A DNA stretch of 41,288 nucleotides from NCBI GenBank assembly GCA_047516705.1, contig JAKZUG010000116.1, positions 1-41,288 on the forward strand, given 5' to 3'. Each line of letters starts with the position of its first letter. Position 1 is the first letter of the stretch. Below, in pieces: positions 8,223-17,222 of this stretch. Under the pieces are notes generated by a model. The model was not told where the DNA came from. It worked only from the letters and a program-made list of their open reading frames with translations, and made no database searches. The position numbers were made by a program, and so were the translations under genes. Source of the stretch: Candidatus Poribacteria bacterium (GTDB lineage: Bacteria; Poribacteria; WGA-4E; WGA-3G).

Positions 8223-10184
8223 TTACTCCAAAGCGGCAAGTTGCGTCAAATGCCAATTCGGATCCTCTAACGCCTCGTAAACGACACCACCCTCTACCTT
8301 ATCAGGCATTGGAAGTCCCAGGAGGTAACAGAGCGTCGGTGCAACATCAACAACGCGAACCTGCCGCTGCAACGCAACCTCTTGTCGAACCCCGGCGCCC
8401 GAGAGAATAAATGTAGAGTGCTGTCCGCCGATGCCGAAACTCACTGAAGGCAACTGCTTACCGTGCGCACCATCGAATTCGGGACGCAGCGCATAAACGA
8501 TATCACCGACTAATTCTCCTTGGAGGTTAAACATCTCAGCGTCTGCGCGAGTGACGGCTAAAGTGAACGGATGCTGTCCAGTTTTGGCATCCTTGTAGGT
8601 ATGCAACGCGGCGATAATTTCCCGTTGAGTTGCTTCATAGTCCTCAGGGGCAACAATCCCTTCCGGTTCACGTCCGGCTAAGTTAATAAAGATATGCACT
8701 AATCCGACATTAACAGCCCGTGTTTTTGTCCACTCTATCTCACTGTTCGCATCTTTGACAATAAACCCTGTCTCTTCCAAGACCGATTCAATATCCACGG
8801 CACGAAATTGGTTCGGGGTCCCGCCGTGGTCGGCACAGACGAGGACAACCGTATCGTCATCGGCACATTCTACAACACGCCCAATCATCCGATCAACGGA
8901 TTCATAAGTGCGCCGTAACCCTTCACGGCACCGATGGATTGTTTCCGGTGGTGCGCCGCTAATCTCGTCCGCTTGACTGAGGAAAAAATGGCTGGCGTAG
9001 TCCGGCGCGTGGCTCTCCACCATCAGGACATCCCAATCGTTGTTCATAGCAAGATGTGTTGCGACATCCGCGAGACGTTGGTGGTGGTAATCTAACAGTT
9101 CAAAATAGGTATCGTCGTCTATTTGTCCAAGTGCATCACGAGCAGGATTTTGAAGGAACGAACCGATTTCCGTATCAATCGTGTTGGCAACTGTATCGGG
9201 GACGGTATATCCGACTCTCGGCCAGATTTGTGGCACAAAGAGTTCAAAAGCATCAACCGTTGACGAGAGCGTCACGAGTTTCATTCGGACGTAACCCTCT
9301 GCTTTGTTACCGTCAATTTCAAAACTATCTAACCACCATTCGCTCCATTCACCGATCCCCAAATCGGCAACGCTATCCGTTCCGGATCGGCTCTTGCAAA
9401 TCCTCACTCGGTCGTAACCGTTGTCGCCAGAGGCGTAAATCAACCCATAAAATAGTTTCGGAACACGCGTTTCGTCGGATGCTTCGCCTTCGGAATAGAC
9501 GGAAGGCATCACATCTTCTCTGCCGCGTGCCAAAGGTCGGATAGTAAGCGCGACCTCTTGCACCGGTTCAGTGGAATCAGGCAAAGCACTCCATTTTCCA
9601 TTGTCAACGGGTTCAATAGTAACGGGATCAATATGTCGAACTTTCTGTAATGCGCTCGGATCGAGTGTTTCCGGGTCGCGCTGCCCACCGATGGGACGCG
9701 GTGCCCATTTTCCGGCGACAAAGAGATGATAACCCGCAATCTGATGGTGATTCGAGACACCTGGTCCCGTTCCCTCCACCTGGATACCATTTTTCACCGT
9801 GGGGGGCCAAGACATTTCCCATTTCACTAAAATCGGTTTTCCGCCCGCACGTTCTACGAGATTCCATAAGTATTCGGATTGGCATAACCCTGTGTTGATG
9901 CCCCACACTGTTTTATCAAGACGTTCCCCGACAGCCCGAATATTAAAATCCATCACCTGATGTGTGCCGGGCCATGAACCTGTCGAGAGAGCTGTCCATC
10001 CCGGAGGTGTCAATGTTGGAAACACGCCGATCATCGGACGGTAGACTCCCGTTCGGAGCAGTTTCGCCATATTCGGGGCATGTCCCCAGTCAATCATATT
10101 CTTAACCAATTCCATGCTTGCCCCATCCATTCCGACGATAATTGCCCGTTTTGCAGGGGCACGTTGTGTTCGCTTAGTTTCCAT
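8223..10184 (-). CDS. alkaline phosphatase superfamily protein (type I phosphodiesterase / nucleotide pyrophosphatase-like)
   Basis: IIVGMDGASMELV, the nucleophile region FPTLTPPGWTALSTGSWPGTH, and C-terminal metal ligands LVCADHGG and FDGAHG. No signal peptide. Confidence 0.85.
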   Translation of the reverse strand: METKRTQRAPAKRAIIVGMDGASMELVKNMIDWGHAPNMAKLLRTGVYRPMIGVFPTLTPPGWTALSTGSWPGTHQVMDFNIRAVGERLDKTVWGINTGLCQSEYLWNLVERAGGKPILVKWEMSWPPTVKNGIQVEGTGPGVSNHHQIAGYHLFVAGKWAPRPIGGQRDPETLDPSALQKVRHIDPVTIEPVDNGKWSALPDSTEPVQEVALTIRPLARGREDVMPSVYSEGEASDETRVPKLFYGLIYASGDNGYDRVRICKSRSGTDSVADLGIGEWSEWWLDSFEIDGNKAEGYVRMKLVTLSSTVDAFELFVPQIWPRVGYTVPDTVANTIDTEIGSFLQNPARDALGQIDDDTYFELLDYHHQRLADVATHLAMNNDWDVLMVESHAPDYASHFFLSQADEISGAPPETIHRCREGLRRTYESVDRMIGRVVECADDDTVVLVCADHGGTPNQFRAVDIESVLEETGFIVKDANSEIEWTKTRAVNVGLVHIFINLAGREPEGIVAPEDYEATQREIIAALHTYKDAKTGQHPFTLAVTRADAEMFNLQGELVGDIVYALRPEFDGAHGKQLPSVSFGIGGQHSTFILSGAGVRQEVALQRQVRVVDVAPTLCYLLGLPMPDKVEGGVVYEALEDPNWHLTQLAALE

Positions 10185-10325
10185 AAAAACTCCTTTTTAT
10201 CTCACCCAAAAAATGTGCTTGTGGATATATGAGGGTGGCTACATAATTGTTTTCAGTGGTGCTGTTTGTAATTGCACAAATCAGGGTGCCGTCAGGCATT
10301 GGTATTCAACATCAATTATTAGAGT

Positions 10326-10472
10326 CTATCTCATAAATACCAGTAATGCCTGTACCGAAAGAGAGACTTTTTTGTGAAGTATATTGTAAGTCCCCCTGAT
10401 AAGGGGGACTTAGGGGGTTTCTTCCGTGAGACATTCTTATTGGACAATGCTCTCAAACTATTTATGAGACGC
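10326..10472. repeat. MITE/REP-like element, family 2, copy C (TCTCATAAATA inverted termini)
   Basis: Perfect 11-bp inverted repeat TCTCATAAATA (10329-10339) / TATTTATGAGA (10459-10469). Internal 10-bp-stem hairpin AAGTCCCCCT-gata-AGGGGGACTT (10388-10411). The same termini occur at 32984-33070. Confidence 0.5.
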
Positions 10473-10516
10473 ACTGTAGTTGTCAGTTAAATGAGCGTAT
10501 TGATGTATCGCAATCT

Positions 10517-10551
10517 GTTAACTGATAACCGATAACTGATGACTGATAACC
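10517..10551. repeat. short array of four TGATAAC-like heptamers
   Basis: The sequence gttaaCTGATAACcGATAACTGATGACTGATAACc lies directly 3' of the stop codon of the repeat-protein gene. Confidence 0.4.
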
Positions 10552-10553
10552 AT

Positions 10554-12077
10554 CTAAGGAATTCGTTCGATGTAAATGTCTTCGTCTGAACCCCGGGCAT
10601 CACCCCAGACGACGATTGCAGCGTTAGCACCTGTGGGGATGGCTCGTGGCGTAATTTGTGCTTTTGGGGCACTGCAGACAGGGATACCGTTAATTTCCCA
10701 AAGCGGTTTGCCATCCGCATCAAGTCGTTGTGCGTAGATCGCATCCTCGGTTGAATCCGCAAAATCTTCGCGATAATCGAGCCAATAGACAATCACTCCC
10801 GCCTCATCCGTAGGAACGAGTTGAGGGAGACGTTGAACGCCTGCCTCGGTACAGACAGGGATCCCGCCCTTTTGGAACTGTGAGTTTTCGTTGTGCCACA
10901 ACGCTTCACCGTTTGCGTTAATACGTTGCGCATAGATATCCGCGAAAATATCGCGTTCGTCCCACCATGTGACAATAAAACCACCATTTCCATCGGGCAT
11001 ACAGTCAGGTTGTTGCTGATTGACCTGCAGTTCGCAGACAGGGATGCCGTCCTTTTCCCACAGTGCATTCCCTTGAGCAGTTATGTGCTGAGCATATAAA
11101 TGCGCGCTCGTATAAAAGTTCGGATCGTTCCGGTAATCAGACCAAACGAAGAACACACCGCCATTTTCATCGCTCACCGCAACAGGTGCGCCTTGGTTAC
11201 CGATCGCGACGCAGACCGGAACAGGTGCGTCTTCTGCACCATCAACTGAATTCCACACAGGTTTACCCTCAGCAGACAGGCGTTGCGCGAAAATATTCCA
11301 ATCGGGAGTGCTGATATCCCACCATGCGAAAATAGCACCGCCTTGTCCATCAGCGATTAAAACCGGGTCATACTGGTCGCCATCGCCGCTATAGACTGGC
11401 ACACCGTTCGCTTCCCAAAGGGATTTTCCGGTACTGTCAATTCTTTGGGCATAAATATCTTGGTTTCCGTTTCGCCAATCCTCCCATACAACGATTACAC
11501 CACCCTTGCCGTCGGCGATAGCGTTCAAATCATCTTGCAACGTTGGATGCGTACAGACAGGGATGCCTTCAGTATCCCATAGTTTGTTGCCGTTTGCATC
11601 GATGCGTTGGGCATAACTATCCTGATTGCCGTGTCGCGTATCGCCCCAAACGAGGATAGCCCCTCCGATCGTGTCGTTGACAATGAGGGGCCAGCTTTGC
11701 GATGAAGGCAAATCGCAGATAGGGATACCGTCCGCGTTCCAGTGCATATCTCCTGTCACACTGACGCGCTGTGCGAAAATATCTCGATTTGCATGTCTTG
11801 CATCGCTCCACGCGACAATAGCACCACCTTGCCCATCAGCAATGAGAACAGGGAAGCGTTGTTCGTTTTCTGCTGTGCATAATGGAAGGTTTTGTGTTGC
11901 TGAAGATGACCATTCTGCACTTGATGCGTCTATTACAATAAGCACAGAGAGGATAGTGAAAACGAGGCATATCTGGGATCGCAGAAAGGAACCATCATTT
12001 GAAATGGCTTTGGAATAGCGCACGCGCATCCGTACTTTACCGCCAGCATCCCGTATATGCTGAAGAAGGTAATTCAT
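10554..12077 (-). CDS. secreted tandem-repeat (beta-propeller-like) protein, about eight repeats of 50-60 aa
   Basis: Hydrophobic signal-like segment ICLVFTILSVLIVIDASSA. It is followed by about 8 repeats of the pattern GG-AIV-W-D-R-GN-DIYAQR-(I/L)-G-x-LW-x-GIPVC. Start is uncertain: ATG at 12077, TTG at 12089 or ATG at 12029. Confidence 0.75.
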   Translation of the reverse strand: MNYLLQHIRDAGGKVRMRVRYSKAISNDGSFLRSQICLVFTILSVLIVIDASSAEWSSSATQNLPLCTAENEQRFPVLIADGQGGAIVAWSDARHANRDIFAQRVSVTGDMHWNADGIPICDLPSSQSWPLIVNDTIGGAILVWGDTRHGNQDSYAQRIDANGNKLWDTEGIPVCTHPTLQDDLNAIADGKGGVIVVWEDWRNGNQDIYAQRIDSTGKSLWEANGVPVYSGDGDQYDPVLIADGQGGAIFAWWDISTPDWNIFAQRLSAEGKPVWNSVDGAEDAPVPVCVAIGNQGAPVAVSDENGGVFFVWSDYRNDPNFYTSAHLYAQHITAQGNALWEKDGIPVCELQVNQQQPDCMPDGNGGFIVTWWDERDIFADIYAQRINANGEALWHNENSQFQKGGIPVCTEAGVQRLPQLVPTDEAGVIVYWLDYREDFADSTEDAIYAQRLDADGKPLWEINGIPVCSAPKAQITPRAIPTGANAAIVVWGDARGSDEDIYIERIP

Positions 12078-12109
12078 TATTAGGAGCAAGCTATGCTCGC
12101 GAGAATGCT

Positions 12110-13711
12110 TTAGGAAATGAGCAGTTCGTCCCCAATTGGGAAAAACTGGTCTGCGATTTGTTGTAGATCCATGGAGGTATTGTGTTCAAAAGCGACGACC
12201 TCCACCCGTTTATCTTGTTGTTTGATGAGTTCGGCGAGCGGACAGAAATCGCCATCACCACTTGCCAAAATGACAACATCCAATGAACCGAGCATTGAGA
12301 CGACATCCACAGCAATCCCGACATCCCAATCCCCTTTGGCTGAACCATCACCGCGCAAGCGTAAATCTTTACTCTTAATTGTGTATCCGTTGTGTTCAAG
12401 GAGTGACAGAAAACTGGATTGATTGATTTCCGGGATCTGGACGACGTATGCGTAGGCTACCATCAGGTAACGCGGTCCGACTATCAGATCAAGGAGTTTG
12501 ATATAATCGACTCTTCTTCCAAATCGATCCTTGGCAGCGTAAAACATATTTTGGACATCCACAAAAACGCCGACCCGCGGTTGTTCTGGTGTTATACCAT
12601 AGTGGGTTTCCCCATCGGTGATCTGTTGTGTGTCTAAATAAGAGAGGGTTTGGCGAATCTGGTTCAGTGCACCACGCGCGACTTGATGGCAATTTTCCAA
12701 GGAATCGAAATGGCTATCTAAACTGGTCTGAAAATCTTCAAGCCCCTGGTGCCCTTTGTAGATCGCTTCCTCAACTAATTTGAGGTCGGTAGTGAAGGTC
12801 TCTTTGGCTGTCTTAATCTGTTCATATTCTTTCAACTGTTCTGCCAATCTTTCTTTTTCTACCAGAAGGACTTCGCGTTCGTTAGTGAGTTGCTGTAACA
12901 CCTCAATGTCTTCCGTATATCGCGCCACCTGTTCACGGAGTACACTATTTTCTTGTTCAAGTTCCTTCAACCGTTTCTCATTTCCGTAATGGGTTTCCTC
13001 TTTGGTTTTCAGCCCTTTATTCTCCTCTAAAAGGAGAGCGCGCTGTTGGTCTAACCGACTGTGTTTCTTTTCAAGCGAGATATAGTCCGCTTTTGAGTCT
13101 GCTAATTGTTGCTCAAGTTGCTCGATTTCTCGGACCGGGTGTCTCGACTGTTGATTTTCGTCTTCTAAATTGTAGGCAACCTGACTTGTGGGGGCTTCGT
13201 ACCCGTTTGTGTGTGCGACGTTTATAGATTCGTAGGTTGTATTAAGAAGTTTATAACCGTGTTCGACGACAGCAGTACGTTGGTCAGTGAGGAGTGCCCA
13301 TACAATTTCGGCGAAGTCGCCTGCTTCGATGAGGATATCAGACGTTTTGAAAAACGTTTCGATTTCGGATACCTCCATGTAGCCGACTCGCGAAATTGCT
13401 GCTTCTGCCTTCTCGCTAAGGAACTGGCTAGCTAATACTTCGATTGAGACTTCTCCGTTGTTTATTTCAGGTTTGGGTGTGCAAGCATCGCTATTTTCGA
13501 CAATAGGTTTCGCTCTGCCAACTACACCGAAAAACGCATCGGTTAGATTTACTAATAATTCTCGTCTTGACAAGGCATAGAGCTTGTCCACATCGGGAAC
13601 GATGCCGGTAGAGGCACTCAATTGGAAAATCTCCCTTTCGTCTAAAAGCAAGTCTAGAAACCATGTGAGTTGGTCCCGATGTATCTGCAATTTTAAATTT
13701 GGGTATGACAT
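12110..13711 (-). CDS. NYN (LabA/PIN-like) nuclease-domain protein with long central coiled coil
   Basis: The C-terminal ~150 aa carry VGVFVDVQNMFY, GDWDVGIAVD and ILASGDGDF, the NYN acidic residues. The middle ~190 aa are heptad-rich (EIEQLEQQLADSK..LKELEQENSVLREQVARY). Start taken at the ATG of MSYPNLK (13711), which avoids a 77-nt overlap with the upstream gene. Confidence 0.85.
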   Translation of the reverse strand: MSYPNLKLQIHRDQLTWFLDLLLDEREIFQLSASTGIVPDVDKLYALSRRELLVNLTDAFFGVVGRAKPIVENSDACTPKPEINNGEVSIEVLASQFLSEKAEAAISRVGYMEVSEIETFFKTSDILIEAGDFAEIVWALLTDQRTAVVEHGYKLLNTTYESINVAHTNGYEAPTSQVAYNLEDENQQSRHPVREIEQLEQQLADSKADYISLEKKHSRLDQQRALLLEENKGLKTKEETHYGNEKRLKELEQENSVLREQVARYTEDIEVLQQLTNEREVLLVEKERLAEQLKEYEQIKTAKETFTTDLKLVEEAIYKGHQGLEDFQTSLDSHFDSLENCHQVARGALNQIRQTLSYLDTQQITDGETHYGITPEQPRVGVFVDVQNMFYAAKDRFGRRVDYIKLLDLIVGPRYLMVAYAYVVQIPEINQSSFLSLLEHNGYTIKSKDLRLRGDGSAKGDWDVGIAVDVVSMLGSLDVVILASGDGDFCPLAELIKQQDKRVEVVAFEHNTSMDLQQIADQFFPIGDELLIS

Positions 13712-13739
13712 TATTATGCTCCGAAGAATATGATAAGAA

Positions 13740-15065
13740 TTAAATTTTGATAATTTTCTCTTGTCCCTTCTGCACACCGCGTGTTGCGTTGCGTGTATCA
13801 ACAACTGATTGGGCATGTTCGACGAGCCAACCGTAGTCTATAGCACCATGATCGGTCAGAATTACAACGCAATCGACACTTTGGACCAAATTGGCTGTCA
13901 GGGGTTCTGAATGATAGGTTTCTCTGCTATTGAGAGACAGATTTTCTACATACGGGTCATGATATACGAATTCTGCTTTTTTGTCAAGTATTAAACGAAT
14001 TACCTCAAGCGCAGGCGATTCGCGTGTGTCACCGATGTCTTTTTTATAAGCAACACCTAAAATTAATAGTTTTGCCTCGTTAAGCGGTTTACGCTGGAGA
14101 TCCAAGGCATGTCTAATTTTGTCTACCACATATTTGGGCATTTCACTGTTAATTTCGCTGGCGAGTTCAATGAACCGGGCATGATATTGATACTTCTGTG
14201 CCTTCCAGGAGAGGTAATGCGGATCAACGGGGATACAGTGACCTCCGAGTCCGGGACCTGGATAGAAAGGCATAAATCCAAACGGTTTCGTAGCAGCAGC
14301 GTCAACGATTTCCCAAACATCTAAATCCATCCGGTCACAAATCAGGGCAACCTCATTGATTAGGCCGATATTGACGCTCCGAAACGTGTTTTCCAGCAGT
14401 TTCACCATCTCAGCTGTCTGAGATGAGGACACGGTATGTGTTTTATTGATGAACTGCGAGTAAAAGGTTTGGGCAACTTGCGTACAGCGCGGTGTAACCC
14501 CTCCGATAATCTTAGGGGTATTTGTCATGTAGTAGGTGCTATTTCCGGGTTCAATACGTTCGGGGGAGAAAGCGAGATAGAAATCGCGCCCTACTTCTGA
14601 AGGCTGAGCAGATACGTTTTTATTGAAATGGGCAGTGAGCATTGGTAGCACAAACTCTTCGGTTGTGCCGGGGTAGGTGGTACTCTCGAGGACAATCAAC
14701 TGTTCGGAATGGAGGTAGTGAGCGATCTGTTCCACTGCGGCAACGATAAACTGCATATCCGGAGTGCGGTTTTCACGCAAAGGAGTTGGGACACAGATGT
14801 TGACCGTGTCTAATTCCTGAAGCACACCGAAGTCTGTTGTCACCTGAATCTGTCCAGAGGTAATCAACGGCGCTATCACAGTATTGGCGACATCGGGTAC
14901 ATCTGAGATGCCCTGTTTCAACCGCTCAATTTTTTGCGAATTGATATCAATACCTGTAACTCGAAAGCCCGCACTCGCAATGGCAACCATAAGCGGCAGC
15001 CCAACATAGCCAAGACCGATGACACCCGCGTGAGCAGTCCGAGTTTCTATTTTTTCAAGTATCAT
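13740..15065 (-). CDS. nucleotide-sugar dehydrogenase (UDP-glucose/GDP-mannose dehydrogenase family; WecC/WbpA/TviB-like)
   Basis: Rossmann start GVIGLGYVGLPLMVAIASAG, catalytic Cys context GPGLGGHCIPVDP, and C-terminal UDP-binding domain LGVAYKKDIGDTRESP. Confidence 0.92.
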   Translation of the reverse strand: MILEKIETRTAHAGVIGLGYVGLPLMVAIASAGFRVTGIDINSQKIERLKQGISDVPDVANTVIAPLITSGQIQVTTDFGVLQELDTVNICVPTPLRENRTPDMQFIVAAVEQIAHYLHSEQLIVLESTTYPGTTEEFVLPMLTAHFNKNVSAQPSEVGRDFYLAFSPERIEPGNSTYYMTNTPKIIGGVTPRCTQVAQTFYSQFINKTHTVSSSQTAEMVKLLENTFRSVNIGLINEVALICDRMDLDVWEIVDAAATKPFGFMPFYPGPGLGGHCIPVDPHYLSWKAQKYQYHARFIELASEINSEMPKYVVDKIRHALDLQRKPLNEAKLLILGVAYKKDIGDTRESPALEVIRLILDKKAEFVYHDPYVENLSLNSRETYHSEPLTANLVQSVDCVVILTDHGAIDYGWLVEHAQSVVDTRNATRGVQKGQEKIIKI

Positions 15066-15639
15066 TTTTTAGTAGCCAACGCGTCGCTGCATAGAGGTTA
15101 GTAAAAATTTTTTCGGGGGCGTGTCCATTTTTATCGGCCCGCCCACAAGGTTTGGTATTAATGTAATGGTGGTAACTCTCCTGTCCATGTCCGGTTAAAA
15201 CGAGCAATGTTTTGGTTCCAACGCACTGTCCCGCCTCAATATCTGTTGTTGAATCGCCAATCAGATATGCACTTGATAGTTCAATATTATGCTCACGTAC
15301 AGCGCGTATCAACATACCGGGTTTCGGCTTTCGACACTCACATCCTGCCTCGGGATGGTGTGGGCAGTAATAAACCGCATCAATTCTGCCACCTGTTTCC
15401 GTAATTTCGGAAACCATCCGAGAGTGAATATCCTTCAAGTTCTCCTCGGGAAAAAGCCCTCTCCCAATCCCTGCTTGATTGGTTACGACAATGATGCGAT
15501 AACGACTTTGCGTCAGTTCTCGAATGGCTTTCCGCACGTTCGGAATGAAAGAAAATTCTGACCATCTCCGAACATAACCCTTGTTGGGTGGATTCCGGTT
15601 GATAACACCATCTCGATCCAGAAAGACAGTTTTCTTCAT
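15055..15639 (-). CDS. gmhB: D-glycero-D-manno-heptose 1,7-bisphosphate phosphatase (HAD-IIIA)
   Basis: VFLDRDGVIN, VVTNQAGIGRG, the zinc-binding CPHHPEAGCECRKPKPGM and IGDSTTDI. Overlaps the downstream dehydrogenase gene by 11 nt. Confidence 0.9.
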   Translation of the reverse strand: MKKTVFLDRDGVINRNPPNKGYVRRWSEFSFIPNVRKAIRELTQSRYRIIVVTNQAGIGRGLFPEENLKDIHSRMVSEITETGGRIDAVYYCPHHPEAGCECRKPKPGMLIRAVREHNIELSSAYLIGDSTTDIEAGQCVGTKTLLVLTGHGQESYHHYINTKPCGRADKNGHAPEKIFTNLYAATRWLLKNDT

Positions 15640-15651
15640 AGCTAAGTCTCT

Positions 15652-16692
15652 CTACAATCCAGGGACAGACGCTACTGCTTCAATTGCATTCAGCAGTTCC
15701 TTTGGTGTGACAGTCGCACACCCCATCTTTCCAACGGCAATCCCACCGGCGAGGCTCGACAATACCGCAGCACTATAAAAATCGGCGTTTGCCGCGAGCG
15801 CGAGTGTGAAAACCGCGACAGCCGTATCCCCCGCGCCTGTCACATCTGTCACGACATTAGAATGCGGTGGTAGGTGCTCTATTTGCAGGCTGCCATCAGG
15901 CTTGCGTTGAAACAGAGACATCCCTTTTGCCTCGCGTGTAATTAACAACGCTTTGAGCGATAGCCGGTTTATAATTTCCTCACCAACAGTAAGAAGCTGC
16001 CGGGCATCGGTGATCTCTTCATGGACAGCGGCTCCTGCCTCTTTGTGATTCGGTGTAACGGCGGTCACACCTTTATAATGCCAGAAATTATCTTGCTTCG
16101 GATCGACAATAATGGGTATATCATAGGATCGGGCATGTTTTATCACGTCTCGGATGAGTTGTGCGTTGATCACGCCTTTATCGTAATCTGCGAAGATAAT
16201 TGCATCACTCGCTGGCAGCTGAGAAATAACACTATCCAGTAGATGTTCCCGCACTCCTACAGAGATTTCTTGTTTGGATTCCCTATCAATGCGAAGTAGA
16301 TGATGCCCCAAATCACGCTCGCGCCCAGCAAAAGTGGTGGTCCCCGCGCGGGCAATCACACGTGTTTTCGTACTTGTTGGTCGCTGAGAATCTATACAGA
16401 CTCCAGTGGTGGCAAGATTCATTTCGGTTAGCATCTGGACCAACTTTTCGCCTTCCCTGTCCTTCCCGATGACACCGACCAGGATTGCATCGCCGCCCAA
16501 GCTGGCGACATTCTGCGCGACATTTGCCGCACCTCCACATCCGGTCTTTTCTGTCTCGATTTCAAATACTGGCACAGGGGCTTCAGGCGAAATTCGGTTT
16601 ACATCCCCCCAGATATATGCGTCCACGATAACATCACCGATAATCATTACCCGTTTGCCTTGAAGTTGTGCAAAAGTAGCTTTTAAGTTCAC
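15652..16692 (-). CDS. hldA: D-glycero-beta-D-manno-heptose-7-phosphate kinase (RfaE domain I / pfkB family; no adenylyltransferase domain)
   Basis: GKRVMIIGDVIVDAYIWGDVNRISPEAPVPV, and pfkB motifs TPNHKE and DVTGAGDTAVA. GTG start. At 346 aa it carries the kinase domain only. Confidence 0.9.
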   Translation of the reverse strand: MNLKATFAQLQGKRVMIIGDVIVDAYIWGDVNRISPEAPVPVFEIETEKTGCGGAANVAQNVASLGGDAILVGVIGKDREGEKLVQMLTEMNLATTGVCIDSQRPTSTKTRVIARAGTTTFAGRERDLGHHLLRIDRESKQEISVGVREHLLDSVISQLPASDAIIFADYDKGVINAQLIRDVIKHARSYDIPIIVDPKQDNFWHYKGVTAVTPNHKEAGAAVHEEITDARQLLTVGEEIINRLSLKALLITREAKGMSLFQRKPDGSLQIEHLPPHSNVVTDVTGAGDTAVAVFTLALAANADFYSAAVLSSLAGGIAVGKMGCATVTPKELLNAIEAVASVPGL

Positions 16693-16811
16693 AACACTAT
16701 ATTAGCATAAATCTATAGGTTAAAGCAACAACCATTATTTTTTGAAGGAAACCGAACAATCTACAACAAATAGGATATGATGAGGCAATTGAGAACATTC
16801 ACTCCGAAATC

Positions 16812-16931
16812 AGGGCTATTTAGTTTTAGGCTTTTTGTCTAATTGAGTCGAAAAGTCGCGACCGAGAGGTCGCTCCTACAGCGGAGAATCTGAAACCGAA
16901 AATCTAAAATTTCGGAAAACCAAATGACCCT
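16812..16931. mobile_element. MITE-like element, family 1, copy B (120 bp, inverted relative to copy A)
   Basis: Termini AGGGCTATTTAGTTTT (16812-16827) and AAAACCAAATGACCCT (16916-16931). Perfect 11-bp direct repeat ACTCCGAAATC at 16801-16811 and 16932-16942. Internal GC hairpin GCGACC-gaga-GGTCGC (16858-16873). Confidence 0.6.
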
Positions 16932-17222
16932 ACTCCGAAATCAGGTGCGGTTGAACCTCGTTAGTGAAGACGGAACGAGGGCTGGATTTAGTACTGTCCG
17001 GTCCTGTTACAAATCGCATCTGCTATGTATTGCTGCTATTACGCCAGCTGCTGATGACCGGTAACTGTAAACTGAATACCTCTGACACTCTCGTGATTTT
17101 CACTTGCGTTATTGACAAATATCTGTTAGAATATTTCAGCAATCTGAAGAAATGACGAAGGACCCAAGTTTGGGAATCAACAAAGAAACTAAATCTTCTG
17201 AAAAGGTTAATAGTGATTTTTC

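Noticed and set aside
9056-9544. 162-aa plus-strand ORF inside the phosphodiesterase gene.
   Set aside because: It is antisense to a strongly supported CDS and Arg-rich, with no motifs.
10517-10551. I checked whether the short direct repeats here or elsewhere form a CRISPR array.
   Set aside because: There are only four 7-nt units with no spacers. No repeat-spacer periodicity of 25-40 nt occurs anywhere in the window.
11626-12018. 130-aa plus-strand ORF inside the repeat-protein gene.
   Set aside because: It is antisense to a CDS with clear periodic repeat structure and is low in complexity.
13712-13816. 35-codon N-terminal extension of the NYN gene, overlapping the dehydrogenase gene by 77 nt.
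   Set aside because: The extension is encoded within the 3' end of the upstream gene in another frame. The internal ATG at 13711 gives a normal 28-nt intergenic gap.
16964-17155. 63-aa GTG-initiated ORF in the hldA-wza intergenic region.
   Set aside because: It has no RBS and an AT-rich, low-complexity composition. The region more likely holds divergent promoters.
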